The notes beneath the pieces were generated by a model that was not told where the DNA came from, did not search any database, and worked only from the letters and a program-made list of their open reading frames with translations. Positions 30,801 through 31,003 of a stretch of 31,003 nucleotides of DNA are shown one piece after another. Source of the stretch: Candidatus Thermosaccharophagus tengchongensis (lineage in GTDB: Bacteria; Armatimonadota; Fervidibacteria; Fervidibacterales; Thermosaccharophagaceae). Positions within the stretch are counted from its first letter, which is position 1, and every line of letters starts with the position of its first letter. The position numbers and the translations under genes are program-made. Location: assembly GCA_032161105.1 (NCBI GenBank), contig JAVHTD010000023.1; one strand, 5' to 3'.

Positions 30801-31003
30801 CAGGCGTGATGTGAAAAAAGCTGCATTGGCATTTGAACTGATCGTTAATAAAGTTGAAGGAAAGGTCAAGAAATTGGGGAATTTTTCCATTTCAGTAAAT
30901 GGTCAAAAGATGCTATTTCCCGTGACGCTAACGGTGGGTGATAAGTTAGTGTATAGGTCGCCCCACGAGTGCGCGATTCGGACTAAGGATGGAGAAAAAC
31001 CGA
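27883..31003 (+). CDS. Partial (>1040 aa) secreted clan GH-D-like (GH27/31/36-like) glycoside hydrolase with CBM11/CIA30-like domain; runs off the window
   Basis: Not in the ORF track. I read it from ATG 27883 (GGGGGTGA RBS) and saw no stop to the window end. MRFCGIILPIFAALPLA signal; LFPNGMLGLKKVVEKIHKAGLKAGLH; FDMIYQDG (29188-29211); IGAWD; LGVWIYGDGKGEVINFQL...VNFVGWKYFEL. Confidence 0.85.
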   Translation, partial: MRFCGIILPIFAALPLALPLQSKRIITNNKLILENKMAKILIDESLKVVSIIDKKHRKEICADAKPFMALKAGGREFLPLSWVFSGKGGELGVEFEKARIKVKIEAKDQYFVIKISDFVGDADEITFANLSVKSSKYVSHMVGMAADDEFGICVRALNLQTNVVVRGKPAIISANCSKKYGFVGAGIVLVAAPTQQIRDVLKKVVKNEGLIHSQLGGPFALDAKENKLSYIFATVGEQNVDDWIAIAKMSGIGIIHLIGWERSLGHYEPRKDLFPNGMLGLKKVVEKIHKAGLKAGLHTLTGCISPHDPYVTPIPDKRLAKRRTFTLAKEISEKDDVIYVEERPEDMDTIWAYASKGNVLQIGDELVQYSGYSQEMPHRFWGCKRGAFGTKPSPHPSGSKVHYLYAYYGTFYPEEDSDLVDEIAQRIADVVNECEFDMIYQDGAEGMPGGWYGISKMRREIVKRFKRPVRVEASEWGYHSWTFHSCIGAWDHPCWGLKRFVDIHCQDLEKYEKFHLLPGQLGWWVILGPTENYDAETPDEMEYLCCKALGYNVPISLQGVSVSNRPWNLRQDEYLIMLGRYERLRLANYFSEDVKAKLREFGKEFRLVQAEDGMWEFLPTKYVTQKVTDMAESAKLVINNPFDKQYAKFRIQALYSAAPYDAPESVVLTDFSENSGFKVTGTAEGVTCEFKPIPEQSKFGGVCGYISAKNIGAPQNGAWVRITRAFLPPIDMRKYGALGVWIYGDGKGEVINFQLRDMPQYYHGTYDDHYVDVNFVGWKYFELLLRERDAERHVDFVWPYFGIYQIYRSPLVKHAINELNIYVNNVPPNSSITCYISPIKLLPVRKLKFSGPSVSINGAKIEFPAMIESGQYIEFESMSNCRHYRENGELIGYITPHGTLPMLNHGENMAIFSCKPEGNGKVRAKITFICTSKPIRGMSSKRNINWEILRMEYDDPRIICALDGKQNEWDLICRRDVKKAALAFELIVNKVEGKVKKLGNFSISVNGQKMLFPVTLTVGDKLVYRSPHECAIRTKDGEKP

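Overview
Bacterial chromosomal window, probably from an Armatimonadota-like organism. That assignment is an inference from the prepilin/H-X9-DG (DUF1559-type) proteins and the large secreted glycoside-hydrolase-like and TPR proteins. Housekeeping genes are ogt, rapZ, gap, purF, ileS, an Fe-S aldo/keto reductase and a clear tRNA-Sec (selC, 21143-21237, minus strand); the first 35 bases may be the 3' tail of RNase P RNA. The most interesting content is a candidate nickel/cobalt acquisition system in two minus-strand operons. The first is ECF S component - FmdE - EcfT/CbiQ with no ATPase. The second is prepilin-like protein - secreted DUF4198-like protein with a whole TsaA/TrmO domain inserted in its middle - second prepilin-like protein. 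Both operons have NikR-like GTAACAC-containing elements at their promoters. A decayed copy of the second promoter lies 5.6 kb away, so the two copies bracket a giant TPR gene (with an in-frame TAG near its end) and a SIMPL gene. The right end is an AT-richer block of two large secreted glycoside-hydrolase-like proteins; the last is absent from the ORF track because it runs off the window. All family calls come from motif recognition by eye, with no database searches.
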